A stretch of DNA of 63,888 nucleotides, the filler included, from Octopus bimaculoides (lineage: Eukaryota), in the NCBI RefSeq assembly GCF_001194135.2. It is 9 parts of 8 records of this genome, joined end to end, with 100 filler letters (N's around TTAATTAATTAA, not from the genome) between each part and the next. Parts side by side here need not be neighbours in the genome. Positions count along the whole stretch, not along the records: positions 1 to 12,130 come from NC_068987.1; 8 more parts are not named here. One strand, written 5' to 3'. Below the pieces are notes generated by a model. That model was given only the letters and a program-made list of their open reading frames with translations. It did no database searches and had not been told where the DNA came from. The position numbers and the translations under genes are program-made. Shown piece by piece: positions 1 through 12,130 of the stretch (position 1 is the stretch's first letter; the number at the start of each line of letters is the position of its first letter).

Positions 1-364
1 AAGAGATTGGCAGTATATGTGATAGGAAATGTAAGGGTAACATCTGAGAGCTTGACTCTTTATCAGATTAATTAGATGAAGTAACAACAGAATTATAAAA
101 AAAAAAAAATGAAAGAAGAATTTTTAAAAGATAATATAGCTGATTTTATAATCCCTGAAAAAGGTTCACCTAGTAACAGCACTAACACTAATGTTTGTTG
201 CCACTTTTACATGGCTGTACCATGTAGAACCATGTTACTACATTTTAACCCCATGATTATATACACACAAACACACACACCCATTTATATATATATATGT
301 GTATGTATGTGAGTGTGTGTGTGTATGTGAGTGTGTGTGTGTATGTATATTAGATTTATTCCTA

Positions 365-512
365 TTACAGGTTCCAGACTGGCCTACCTCACACAGCAGG
401 GAGCACAGATGAGGGCAGCAGCATCAGACACCCTCATTGACCAAATGCCTCATATCAAAGGAGGTTTCAAATAATGGTGGTGCTCCAGCATGACCGCAAC
501 TCTACAGCTGAA
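365..512 (+). mobile_element. CR1-like LINE 3' end (C-terminal codons plus tail)
   Basis: Frameshifted LQVPDWPTS / QQGAQMRAAASDTLIDQ, homologous to 49200-49395 (LVPDEPTSRQEAQMRSAASNSLLHQ); ends in GGTGGTGCTCCAGCATGACCGCAACTCTACAGCTGAAAC tail. Confidence 0.6.
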
Positions 513-539
513 ACATTTCAAAATAGTTAAAATTAAAAT

Positions 540-630
540 ATTTAAATATATATATATATGTATGTATGTATATATATATATATGTATATGTATACCTATG
601 TATGCATATGTATATATACGTATATGTACG

Positions 631-675
<45 letters not shown>

Positions 676-812
676 GTATACGTATATGTATGTATACGTA
701 TGTATATGTATATATATGTATATTTATGTATTTGCACATATATATACATGCATATATATTGACAAATATATATGCATATATATGCGTGTGTATATATATA
801 TACATATATATA
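540..812. repeat. compound (TA)n/(TATG)n microsatellite running into an N gap
   Basis: direct inspection. Confidence 0.95.
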
Positions 813-1154
813 NNNNNNNNNNNNNNNNNNNNNNNNNNNNNNNNNNNNNNNNNNNNNNNNNNNNNNNNNNNNNNNNNNNNNNNNNNNNNNNNNNNNNNNN
901 NNNNNNNNNNNNNNNNNNNNNNNNNNNNNNNNNNNNNNNNNNNNNNNNNNNNNNNNNNNNNNNNNNNNNNNNNNNNNNNNNNNNNNNNNNNNNNNNNNNN
1001 NNNNNNNNNNNNNNNNNNNNNNNNNNNNNNNNNNNNNNNNNNNNNNNNNNNNNNNNNNNNNNNNNNNNNNNNNNNNNNNNNNNNNNNNNNNNNNNNNNNN
1101 NNNNNNNNNNNNNNNNNNNNNNNNNNNNNNNNNNNNNNNNNNNNNNNNNNNNNN

Positions 1155-1206
<52 letters not shown>

Positions 1207-1699
1207 GGGGAGGGAGGGTTACAGAAAAAATATTTATTCGGATTGGGCACCAGTCAATGATTGGGGTCGTTGTAATCGATTTAGCCACTCTCCCTAGATT
1301 ACTGGCCTTGTGTCAAAGTCAATATTTATACAGATCTAGAAAGAGGTAGATCTGGCCTAGCAGACAATAGGTTCTCTGGGTAGCAACCAACGTAAAGAGG
1401 CAACTTGGTTTGAATTTCTGTAATAAGCTCAAATATGCAAATAGACGTAATTTGATGAAGCTTAATCCTGGACTTGATAATCATTTGCTCTTGCTTTGGA
1501 ATGCATTTGACTTGGGATAACGTTTCTGAATATCTATTGGCAAAGGTAAACTGATGTGCTGGTAAAGTTGTGATTATTTAAAATATAGGACGACGAACTG
1601 ACATGATCGTTTGTCGGAAAAAGTGAAATGCGATATTTCTACCAACTCACTGAGTTATGATTTCGAATCTCCTTAGACCATTTTGACTTTGGTCCCTCA

Positions 1700-2100
1700 G
1701 GAGTTGTTGAAATAATGTATTTCTCAAGTATTAGGTTCAATGGTATCGGATAATTACCTTCACTCAAAACTGAGGGCATGGTGCCTAAATTAGGAACTGT
1801 TATTTGAAACAGAGTTGGCATATGAATTGTGTTTACACAATGTCTATGCTTGGAAGAATTTATATTAAGTGAGACATAAAGTATATATTGATAACATTTT
1901 AATTAAACTTTGCTTAGCTGATAATGTGCATGTGAGAATTGAAATTCTAGATAATGACATTCGAAATACTCCCGAAATAACAGGATATTTCGCAACTGGA
2001 ATGACTATGATTATAGGTCCGCCCGATTAAGTTTGCCCCAAACACTAACAGCATTCAAGCTCTTTATTATATCTTACGCCACTCTGTCGAACTACCACAG
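1700..2100 (+). mobile_element. highly decayed CR1/Jockey-type LINE RT C-terminal relic
   Basis: Broken motifs in the expected order: KY*V (KYLGV-like), PKLGTVI*N (PxLEYxxxVW-like), IFRNWND...QTLTAFK (RxWNxLP...SLxxFK-like). Confidence 0.3.
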
Positions 2101-3364
2101 ACAACGTGTCACAGAAAAGATGTGTGGCTAAGTTATTCTATAGCATATACTAAAAAGTTCGTTAGCATGTACTTTCACTAACAAATACAAGTGCAGAGTG
2201 CTTATGCGGCGAGAACGTAAGCACTTGTACGCAAATATATAAGCAGTCGAAATATGATGCAAAATTTACACAAATTACGACAGCAAGAAAATCAGAAGCA
2301 CATATAATTCCTCCCCCACACACACTTACACACACGCACACACACGCACACACACACACACATGCACACACACACACAGAGCCATGCTCATGTAAGTTTA
2401 AATGCGTACAGATTCCTTAATTGTATACTCACATGGTTTAAATTTGTTCTAAAATCTAGCTCAATGAAACTGAAAATCGACCATGTTAAACGAGATGAAG
2501 ATCTTAGATTGACTCTTGATAGTACTAGCTTCCAAATAATAAATATATTGTCATTCTGTGATCTTCAGCCTTTGTTATAAAAGGTTGTAATTCTTCTTTT
2601 AATGTCTCCCTTATTTTATCGCTTTCTCTCTCTACTCCCTCTATGTCTCATTGTCCGATCGTCTTTTTTGAGCTCTCTCTGTCTCGTTCAATTTCTTTCA
2701 TTAGCTAACCCTTAAGGCTCTATTCTTCCTAAATATCTCTCATCATCTCTCTATTCATAGCAGGGGAATTTTATATCTAATTTTATTCACAGCTATAAAA
2801 ATCTTTGTCATTCTTTAGATACATTCGAGAAATTAAATAGGGCAGACATTATACGCTGCTTAAGAAGAGTTGCTTTAACAGTACATTTTTTCTTATCTAC
2901 ATTTTCAATATTTGATTATGAAATGTTTATACGAGACATTATTAAATATTTATCCTGTAATTAAACTCAACGATATGTATTATTATTCAGTAAAAACAAA
3001 TAATTTTTATCATTGATTTTGTATCAAAATGCTAATGATTTATAATATTTGTTATTGTTTTTGTTATTAAAGAAATGTTATTAAAGAATAATTATTAATA
3101 TTAATTATTGTTTCATTGTTTTATGTTTATTTCAGGCTTTTAATCAAAACTGATTGGAGCTCTGCATATAATGGGTTCGTGTAGTATTTTGCAACGCTTC
3201 TGCTTATTTTTTCTATCGTATTAACGGTATTCTACACAATTTTTGTGCAAAGGCTTCTAGTGTATGCTGTGGCTATTTTTTTTTTAGCACTGAATTCTTT
3301 TATGAGAGTATTGTAATTTACATTGTTGTTAATTATTGCCAAACATACCGTAATACTACTGTGG

Positions 3365-3530
3365 AGAAAATGTTCAGCGGCATTTCTTTCAGCCTTACAA
3401 TCCTCTGAGGTCAACTTTGCTTTTTGTCCTCTGAAGGTCGATAAAATAAGCACCAGTTGAGTACTGGGTTTGATGTAATCGACTTTCCCCTTCTCTCAAA
3501 ATTGGTCGGCTTGTGCCAATTTACAAGTAC
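3365..3530 (+). mobile_element. tRNA-derived SINE fragment (AGGTCGACTTTGCC family)
   Basis: GAGGTCAACTTTGC...GGTCGATAAAATAAGCACCAGTTGAGTACTGGG matches the copies at 51977 and 55491. Confidence 0.75.
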
Positions 3531-3589
3531 CTATAAGGATAATCGACATTATCATCACTAATGTAATCATATTTATTTTATTTCATTTT

Positions 3590-3655
3590 CATTTTATCTA
3601 GTTTCAGCTCATGAGCTGCGGCCATGCTGGAGCACCGCCGTTTAGTGTTGCTAAG
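3590..3655 (-). mobile_element. CR1-like LINE 3' tail
   Basis: Reverse complement GGCGGTGCTCCAGCATGGCCGCAGCTCATGAGCTGAAACTAGATAAAATGAAAATGAAA is nearly identical to 49330-49395. Confidence 0.75.
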
Positions 3656-4694
3656 GAAAGTCTTTCTAAAGGAGACTACGGGANNNNNNNNNNGTGGTAC
3701 TGGATATTAATAGTTATCGCCAAGCCAACATCGCAGTCCAAAAATTAGGACGAATGCTGCCGTTGATTAGCTCCAAGAGGCCATCGCCTCTAGCTAGCTA
3801 TGTAACACACAAGCCGGTGTCCATTATAACCTTCGAACAGGGGAGGTCAGCCGCTTTCCCTTGCTGGTCTGGCATCTACAGACTAGTTTTGGGGCATTGC
3901 CCCTTTTGCAGATTTATTTTATATTTTATTGTTTATTTTTTTTTGCCTGTTTTCTCAAGAGGATCTAGTATAGCTCTGGGTACCTTGGGTAGGCAGAGCG
4001 AAGAGCCAAGGAACAGTGGATGCCTCGGGTGCAACTTGGAATTTTCAGGTGGTGCAAGATCAAAATTTGCACCCCCTACATAATTTCACCAGTTTCAGAA
4101 ATTAGTGTCTAAAAAATTATCTGTACAAGATGCTTGAAGCTAGATTTTGTTTCAAAGCAAAAACAAAGAACAAAAATAAATAAATAAATAAATAAATAAA
4201 TAAAAGTGATGAAGCTTAAAATTTCCAAGGGAATTTATGACTAACCAACTTCTGAAGCAAAGTAGCGTTAAAATAAAAAGTATGTGACAACAACAACAGT
4301 AGCAGCAAACAAAAGCAAGAACAACAACACGACCAGCATATACAGCTACTTTTCAATACATAGCATTACTTGGATAATTGAAGACAGCTCTATTCTGACA
4401 AAAATAGCTCCGAATGCTGAAAATATGTGAAGGTTGTTGATAAAGACTGACGACACGGTTGAATGGATTCGACCGTTTGACGTCAACCTAAAAATAAAAG
4501 CCCTTTTAAAATTCTTTCAGTGATATCGGTTTTCTCATTTAGGTTGTTAGGTCGAAAGTTTTAACAAGGGAACAAAATGATTTATTTTTATTTTTTATAT
4601 TTGATGCTCATTGTTAACTGCTTTGATATTTTTTACTCATTCGAAATACTAGTCCAGTTTAATAATAAAAAAAAACTTTGAAAGGAAACATTTA

Positions 4695-5121
4695 CTGTAA
4701 ATCCTCGAGTATAGTCTGCCCTTGAGTATAATACGCAGGAAAATTTTAGGGGGCTGTACCTCTGAAGAACCTAAATCTTGTGTATAATACACACCCTTTC
4801 TCTAACTTGAGTCAAGAAGGTCTGTATAACGTCCTTGGCTTGTAGACGTATATACGGTAACGTCCTTTTTTATTATTATTGTATATTTAACATAATGCAA
4901 ACGTGTAGCTTTTTTGTACACTTTGTTTGCAGAAAATAAAGACATAATAGTAATAACATCAGTGAAAGATAAATATTAAGCAAATTGCCTTTACATATTT
5001 ATCACTTAGAAAATTTTGCTTAGAAAATATTTTTCCTTCTTACCTCGTATATAGTACGCACTAGAAATTTTGTCCTTTAAATTTTGGGAAAAAAGTGCGG
5101 ATTATACTCGAGGATTTACGG
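4695..5121. mobile_element. pogo/Tc2-type MITE, 427 bp
   Basis: TIRs CTGTAAATCCTCGAGTATAGTCTGCCC and reverse complement CCGTAAATCCTCGAGTATAATCCGCAC; TA on both sides (4693-4694, 5122-5123); internal GTATAATACGCA-like subterminal repeats. Confidence 0.85.
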
Positions 5122-5189
5122 TAATTATAAATGATTGCAGACCAACCACAAAATTACCTAATTTGCGAAGTTCCATCAAGAAATGTATT

Positions 5190-5600
5190 CGACAATTTCA
5201 GACTAATCTATACAAATAGGAAATGATATTAAAAGCATTACCAACCGTCATCCTGACCCGGTTAACCACGAAAATCACTTCAGAGGTGCTTCTTTTCGCT
5301 CACAAGTCTAACCCTAGCTGAGGCCAGCACACGGGTTGATATGCTTTTAACAGAGGTCTTTAATTTTACTAATCTTAGCTGGTCCGAGGATTATACCCAG
5401 CCTGGAACTAAGCAACTAAAGTTGAGGGCTACGAACGCTTTCCTCGATGCAGCTAAAGACTTTCCCATGCAACAAATCATTACCTGTCCAATCAGGGAAA
5501 ATAACACACTCAACCTTGTCTTTAACATTAATGCAGACTTTATTCACAATGTTCAGGTCATTGCCACAGCTATTTCCAACCAAAGCATTATACAATTATC
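5190..5600 (+). mobile_element. CR1-like LINE apurinic endonuclease fragment
   Basis: FNFTNLSW...FLDAAKDFPMQQIITCPIRENNTLNLVFNINADFIHNVQV resembles the GDFNxPxIxW...QxVxxPTRxNNILDLVFTN motif of CR1-type endonucleases. Confidence 0.7.
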
Positions 5601-5924
5601 TGTATACTGTACAAAGATAGATCCGACTCGCAGCATGGATTTCTACCCCGCAGATCTTGCTTAACAAATCTCTTTCTTGAAGAGATCATGGATGGAAAAG
5701 ACTCGGTGGACGTGCTCAAAATATGAGAGTAGAAAAACAACCAACAACTGATGAAGTGTCGTTCTTTCTGTTGTTAGTCTTGTTTTCTATTTATGTTTTT
5801 CGTTGTTCGAAAAAATAGTTAATATTCCATGTACTCGTACTTCGTACTTTTTGTTGTACACGTTTCATATATATACATAACTCCTCATCACACAGTTACG
5901 CCTCTAAATATATAAACATATATA

Positions 5925-6045
5925 TTTACAGGCGTAACTGTGTGGTAAGAAGTTTGCTTTACCGACATGGTTCCCATTTCAGTGTCACTGCGTGGCACCT
6001 TGGGTAAGTCTCTTCTTCTATAGCCTCAGGCCGACCAAAACCTTC
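5925..6045 (+). mobile_element. 5' part of tRNA-derived SINE (GTGTGGTAAGAAGTTTGC family)
   Basis: matches the head of the full copy at 43091. Confidence 0.75.
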
Positions 6046-6944
6046 TGTGCATCATTTTCTTATGAGTTTATATAAACCCACGCACCCACTTCTGCTCTTA
6101 CTCAGTGGTATCCCACACAGCGGTCAACATTTGGTCGAAATTGTCTATATTTTCTATCCTTCTCTCATGTCTTGTTTCCTCTTGTTTGCAAAACATTCCG
6201 TATCTATTTCTATCTGTCTTTCTCTCTACATATCTGCTTCCTTTCTCTCTTTACTAACCTTCATTTCTTCCTCTATCTATCGCTGTCAAATACTCCCTGT
6301 CTATGTTTCCTTCTTTCTCTACACTCCCTCTTTCCTCCAACCTGCTCTTCCCAGTCTATCGTTTTTTTCCCTTCACCTTTTGGAACCACAAGACAATTCA
6401 ATATTTTTATCATCCATCCTCTTTTTGCTTGACCATTGCCTAGGTAAGAGGTTTATTTTTTCTTGCCCCAGCCTAGCATTCACTTCAGACCCTCGATTTA
6501 AATTTTCACTTTTCCTTCTGTGTTTTCTTTCCTTCTGTGTTTTCTTTCCTTCTGTCTTTATTCCATTTTATCCCATCTTTCTATCTTTCTCCTGAGTTCT
6601 TTTGGATATAGTTCCTTTTTAGCCTCACTGCTTATCATATCTTAAAGCCGCAGCATAAGCAAAAGGCCTTAAATATCGACAACTTTCATTTTATATCTTG
6701 TCCAAATTCTGTCGTATTATCGAAAGGCCTCTTGCGTATATATTAAATAACACCTGTGTTATGTTCATGCTTCCGATACTATTCATTTTTTCCGTGTATA
6801 TGTGTGTATATGTGTGTGTATATATATGTGTGTGTGTATATATGTGTGTGTATATATATGTGTGTGTATATATATGTGTGTGGGTGTGCGCGTGTATGTG
6901 TATATATATGTGTGTGTGTGTATATATGTGTGCGTGTGTGTGTG

Positions 6945-6983
<39 letters not shown>

Positions 6984-6999
6984 ATTTGTTTTGATATCA

Positions 7000-7588
7000 A
7001 AATTGGAAAAATCCACCTTGTTCGTAAAAAGTTTTTTACCTGGGTTTGCACGCCGTAAGCAAATTCTGCTCCCGGGACTCTGGGCAGAGCTTAATATTTA
7101 GAATGTTTTTTCTGTAGTATTAAATGTATCTTACGTAAATTGTGTGTCATGTGTAACAGTGTTATTTTTTTATAATACAAATATTTATATGTACTAATGT
7201 TAGATTACATATCCATCTGCATGTTGGGTGTATCTTAATTATTCTCAAAGTTGCAAGGGAATATGTAAAACACACAGGTATTCATTCCGTTTTTAATCTC
7301 CCATTATACCTCTCTAATTTCGAATCTCTATATTTGCAAGATTTCTGTATTTCTTTACGAGATATCTTATGGTCTTTTGGGTATGTTGCTTCAATTATAA
7401 AATATCTCTTTTTCCTAGCCGGTCTTTTAATAACATCTACTTCAGTCGCCCTTTCTGAATTGGTATGTTACAAAGTATGCTTACTTATCATTCTCTGAGA
7501 ACATTTCCAGCTTATATTTATTCAGCTTCTTTGAGAGCATTTTTCTGATTAACATATATTATGTCCGAGTGTAGCAACTTCCACACAT

Positions 7589-7632
<44 letters not shown>

Positions 7633-9950
7633 GCGCATGAAGGGACTTCTCATTATTTCCTATGGAACTGCACTAAATCCGAATTTTAGATCTTAATATT
7701 TCTTATCTCACATCCATAAAGTAAACCCTCGAAATATAATAAATATTATTCAGTAGTTTCAAATTGGTATATTGTAATTAAGCAGTAAAACAAATATATT
7801 CCCTACACCTCCGTTACCATTCTACTTCTCCAAATTTGTAGTTATGCACCTACAGTTAACAAAACATATTGGACTATCATCTGTTCGATTAAAATATTCT
7901 GACCATATCTAGATCAACACTGAAGAAGTCTAGAAACCTTTTACCGCGTGACAAAATACTTTGAGATTGAAAATACTTTAGTCGCAATCTCTTTACGCGT
8001 TAAAAACTTTGACCTTTAGAAAAATAGCAAGTGGGTTCATAAAATTCCCAAACTAACAACGTCTAATTCCTCCTCCCATTTCGGTAAACTATTTCTAAAT
8101 GCTTCTACCTTATTCTCAAATGTTGCTACATATTTGAATACTCTTATTCCAACCTGAATTTCTATCCATGATACTGAATTTTCTTTCTCAAGGCGCTACA
8201 ATAAACTGGATGAATAAACATTATCCTCTTCAAGTGAAATATCTAGTAATCGCTAGCTTTCGCATCATCTGTTATAGCTATCGTAGTTGTAATCATTAAA
8301 ATTCCAAGCAAAAATGGAAAACATATCAAGCACGTGCAACTGTTCAAACTTGTCTCTGTAAGAGAATACCTATAGGGTATAGCACTACACTGCCTCTCAA
8401 GATTACATGATAAACTTAGTTCATAATTTCTACTTTACTTAAAACGATATCATATCACAGAATGTGCTGATTGTATTAAATATCAATAGTAGCTTCTTTA
8501 TATTTCTTAATAAAGCAAGTTGGATATCTTTTTTTAAACTTTACATTAGAATATTTAACATGAAGAATATCACACTTTAACTTATTGCTGAAATTTCACA
8601 CCAAACAGATTTGAAGATCAATAGTGCTTCTTAACGTATTATTTATAATTTTGAAAGACGTAAGGACTTTCCTATCAGTAAATTTTTTTACTGAATATGT
8701 ATTCACTTCCGCAAAGTCAGTTGAATAATTTTGTAAGCTTTAACCAAAAGAATTAGCAAATTGTTAATAAGCAAAGAATATCACACAAAATGTATGTAAT
8801 TTGGCTAACAATTAAAAATATTTTAATGTCGCCTTGGAGTTTTGTTGTTGAGATTTTAACCTGAGATGAGCTCTAGTAGATCTATCTGAAAAGGCGCGCC
8901 ATACATGCCCATACTGTATATGCTTTAACCGTAGTATATTTGGAGCTACATGATATTAAGTGTTCATCATCTATTTTAAGATAGCATGATATGATGTTTT
9001 GAGGTTCATACGATTGCTGTTTCTAGCTGGCTGGAAGCCTGCCCACGCAAGTTCCATAATGGTTTCGAATTAATACCAGTCATAATACCAGGCCTATCCT
9101 GTCTCTAATACTATTTCTCTATAAAAATGTAGCCTTATGCCGTAGTCGATAATTCACGACTTAGATAACTTAATAGTTAAAACTTCTGAGAAAATAAATT
9201 AAACTTCTCATTTTCCATAAACATTTACCATTCTCTTCACTGCAAATGTATTCTTCAGGTAATTTCTATATACACGTATCTATCACGAGACAAAAAAGAG
9301 AAGGAAATGAAGATTAGTTGATGTATAATATATATAATTATTCGTACAATATTCTACCATATTTTTTGCTCATGCTCTCCACTGGAAGTATGGCATTTTA
9401 TTGCAATCACCAAAACAGTCATAATTTGAAAAGGAGATATCTTTTTTGTCTATCGTATCCAGCATGAATGTATTTTTTCTATTATATTCTAATAATGTTC
9501 TTTTATTTTTCACAACGATAATTTAATAATTCTTAGAATAGTTTTCCTTTAGTATATTACAAAGGGAATGCTTTACTTTTCCGCTGGTGTAATAATATAT
9601 TTTACATCTTCTTTGTATTATCCTACATACAGATATTTGCTAGTAATATTATCCTTCATACGGTTTATCATTTTTTCTTCCTTCATCACACAAAATCTGT
9701 CTGTACACGATCTTCCGAATTTTGTTACTAATTGTTTATAATCCTACTCTCTAAAACCTCGAGGATGATGTGGTTAAATTATTCGTCACTTCCTTGAAGT
9801 GTAAAATATTAACATCAGTTGAAAAATAATGCTCTGGATTCTTTACATTCTTATCTCATTTCTGACTTCTTTATACATTCGCTTCCACGAAACGTGTATT
9901 TCGGATTCGAATTACGACCACTAATCAATCGAATTTCACTGAAGTGATTC
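7000..9950 (-). mobile_element. decayed RLE-class (R4/Dong/Hero-like) non-LTR retrotransposon, ~3 kb
   Basis: Ordered minus-strand motifs with stops and frameshifts: AGFQPARNS, a KAY motif, GIL-Q, ITDD, VFKYVA, LLYGCE, then VDVIKRPARKKRYFIIEATYPKDHKISRKEIQKSCKYRDSKLE (restriction-like endonuclease); putative 3' UTR ends at a (CA)n tract near 6985. Confidence 0.65.
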
Positions 9951-10881
9951 NNNNNNNNNNNNNNNNNNNNNNNNNNNNNNNNNNNNNNNNNNNNNNNNNN
10001 NNNNNNNNNNNNNNNNNNNNNNNNNNNNNNNNNNNNNNNNNNNNNNNNNNNNNNNNNNNNNNNNNNNNNNNNNNNNNNNNNNNNNNNNNNNNNNNNNNNN
10101 NNNNNNNNNNNNNNNNNNNNNNNNNNNNNNNNNNNNNNNNNNNNNNNNNNNNNNNNNNNNNNNNNNNNNNNNNNNNNNNNNNNNNNNNNNNNNNNNNNNN
10201 NNNNNNNNNNNNNNNNNNNNNNNNNNNNNNNNNNNNNNNNNNNNNNNNNNNNNNNNNNNNNNNNNNNNNNNNNNNNNNNNNNNNNNNNNNNNNNNNNNNN
10301 NNNNNNNNNNNNNNNNNNNNNNNNNNNNNNNNNNNNNNNNNNNNNNNNNNNNNNNNNNNNNNNNNNNNNNNNNNNNNNNNNNNNNNNNNNNNNNNNNNNN
10401 NNNNNNNNNNNNNNNNNNNNNNNNNNNNNNNNNNNNNNNNNNNNNNNNNNNNNNNNNNNNNNNNNNNNNNNNNNNNNNNNNNNNNNNNNNNNNNNNNNNN
10501 NNNNNNNNNNNNNNNNNNNNNNNNNNNNNNNNNNNNNNNNNNNNNNNNNNNNNNNNNNNNNNNNNNNNNNNNNNNNNNNNNNNNNNNNNNNNNNNNNNNN
10601 NNNNNNNNNNNNNNNNNNNNNNNNNNNNNNNNNNNNNNNNNNNNNNNNNNNNNNNNNNNNNNNNNNNNNNNNNNNNNNNNNNNNNNNNNNNNNNNNNNNN
10701 NGTACATGTCACTGTGAAATGGTGTCTGTTGAAGACTTTGCGACAGGTTGGAAAAAGGATCGAAGCGAATGGCTTAATACTATTTGGAAACTTGTCAGAA
10801 TTCGCCCATTTCTACGGTATGGTGCGTTCTCAACTTCAGTTGACACGAAAATATTTCGCAGGATGATCTTGTATATGTATA

Positions 10882-11572
10882 CGAGGTCTGATCAATAAGT
10901 ATTCGGTTTGTTGGCATAGTACCGAAGCTAAAGCATACAGGGTAAAGTCTCTAGGCAAATATTGACCTTGAACTCTGCTGTGCATGCGCACTAAGTTTTA
11001 AGTTCTAGCTCACTTCCGCTGTTTACAACAGTGCTCGGATGGAAGGTATGTAGCATGTGATCGTCGCATTGACCATGGCAGAAAATTTACTTGGTGATAC
11101 CAGCCCAGAGAACTACGCAATGTTGCAGAAAGTGTATGGAGAGGTGTACTCAAGTGTACGAGTGGTTCAGACGTTTAAAAGATGGCCGAAAAATGTCAAT
11201 ATTGACGAACGTTCTGGGAGAGCCGCGCCCAGGAGGACTGAGAAAAACATCACAGATGTGCGCGTAGGTGTGAGAGAAAATCATCGAATCACCATGTGTG
11301 AGTTATCAGAGGATGTGCAGATTAGGTACGTTTCAGTTCAGTCCATTACCACCGAAGAGTTGGGTATGAGATGCGTGTCAGCTAAGTTTCTGCGAAAACT
11401 CCTTTCAACTGACCAAAATGACACTTGGGTTTCATTTGCACAAGGTCTCCTTGATTGTATCGAGAATGAGGAAAACTTTTTGAAAACTTTGCGTAGTTCT
11501 CTGAACAGGTATCGCTAAGCTTTTGGCAAAATTTGATGCAGATTTTCTGCTCAACTTTATCTGTCACGTTCA

Positions 11573-11574
<2 letters not shown>
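10882..11574 (+). mobile_element. mariner-derived non-autonomous element, copy 1 (right arm truncated)
   Basis: TA-CGAGGTCTGATCAATAAG TIR; N-terminal transposase relic LQKVYGE...FKRWPKNVNIDERSGR...ITTEELGMRCVSAKFLRKLLSTDQ; inverted copy of the N-terminal region at 11485-11574. Confidence 0.85.
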
Positions 11575-11616
<42 letters not shown>

Positions 11617-11774
11617 TACAAAAGAAACGTCGCACTGTAAAAGATTATTTGTTTCACACACGATATGGAGATTATATGGATTTTATCACATTTCTAGTTC
11701 ATTTTAGAGTAGGAAGATGTCACTGACCCACAACACCACTCTTTTAGAAACATACGTATGGCGTGTGGGGCTCG

Positions 11775-11946
11775 AAGTGGAGAAATGAAAATAGATGTGA
11801 GATATGCAGGGATATTGCATTTGTAGATCCATTAATTTTGGCAGAATGGTATACATATAAGATTCCAATACCTTGTGAGTAAAATCCAATAATATTTAAA
11901 ATTGGTCATTCCAAATATAGAGTGCTATTGAATCAAGGGTTTTATT
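11775..11946 (-). mobile_element. Penelope-like 3' fragment (GIY-YIG C-terminus relic)
   Basis: Nearly identical to 35895-36077, and both stop at GAATCAAGGGTTTTATTT; reading HKVLESYMYTILPKLMDLQ. Confidence 0.5.
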
Positions 11947-12130
11947 TAAAGTGACCTAAAAGTAGGGAATTTATTTGTAAGGTCAAATCGAAAACAGGAA
12001 GAGAGGAATAAGGAATAGAGAAAAAAAGAGGAGAAAAGAAAGAAAAACACAGGAAGACAGTAATAAAGAAAAAAAGAAAGAAAGGAAAAAGTAAAAAACA
12101 AAGAGAGAGATGATAAGGGAAACTGTACCA

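Noticed and set aside
1639-1821. Protein-like minus-strand ORF MPTLFQITVPNLG... with a GTGAGT donor
   Set aside because: The opposite strand shows broken LINE RT motifs in order, so it is more likely an antisense shadow; not excluded without RNA data
3694-4083. 129-aa ORF after a small gap
   Set aside because: No recognisable domain; it crosses a T-rich low-complexity tract and starts at a gap edge
5677-5730. Hammerhead-like TTGAAGA-GATCATG...CGTGCTC-AAAAT
   Set aside because: Core, GAAA and cleavage site are all altered and stem I does not register; too decayed to call
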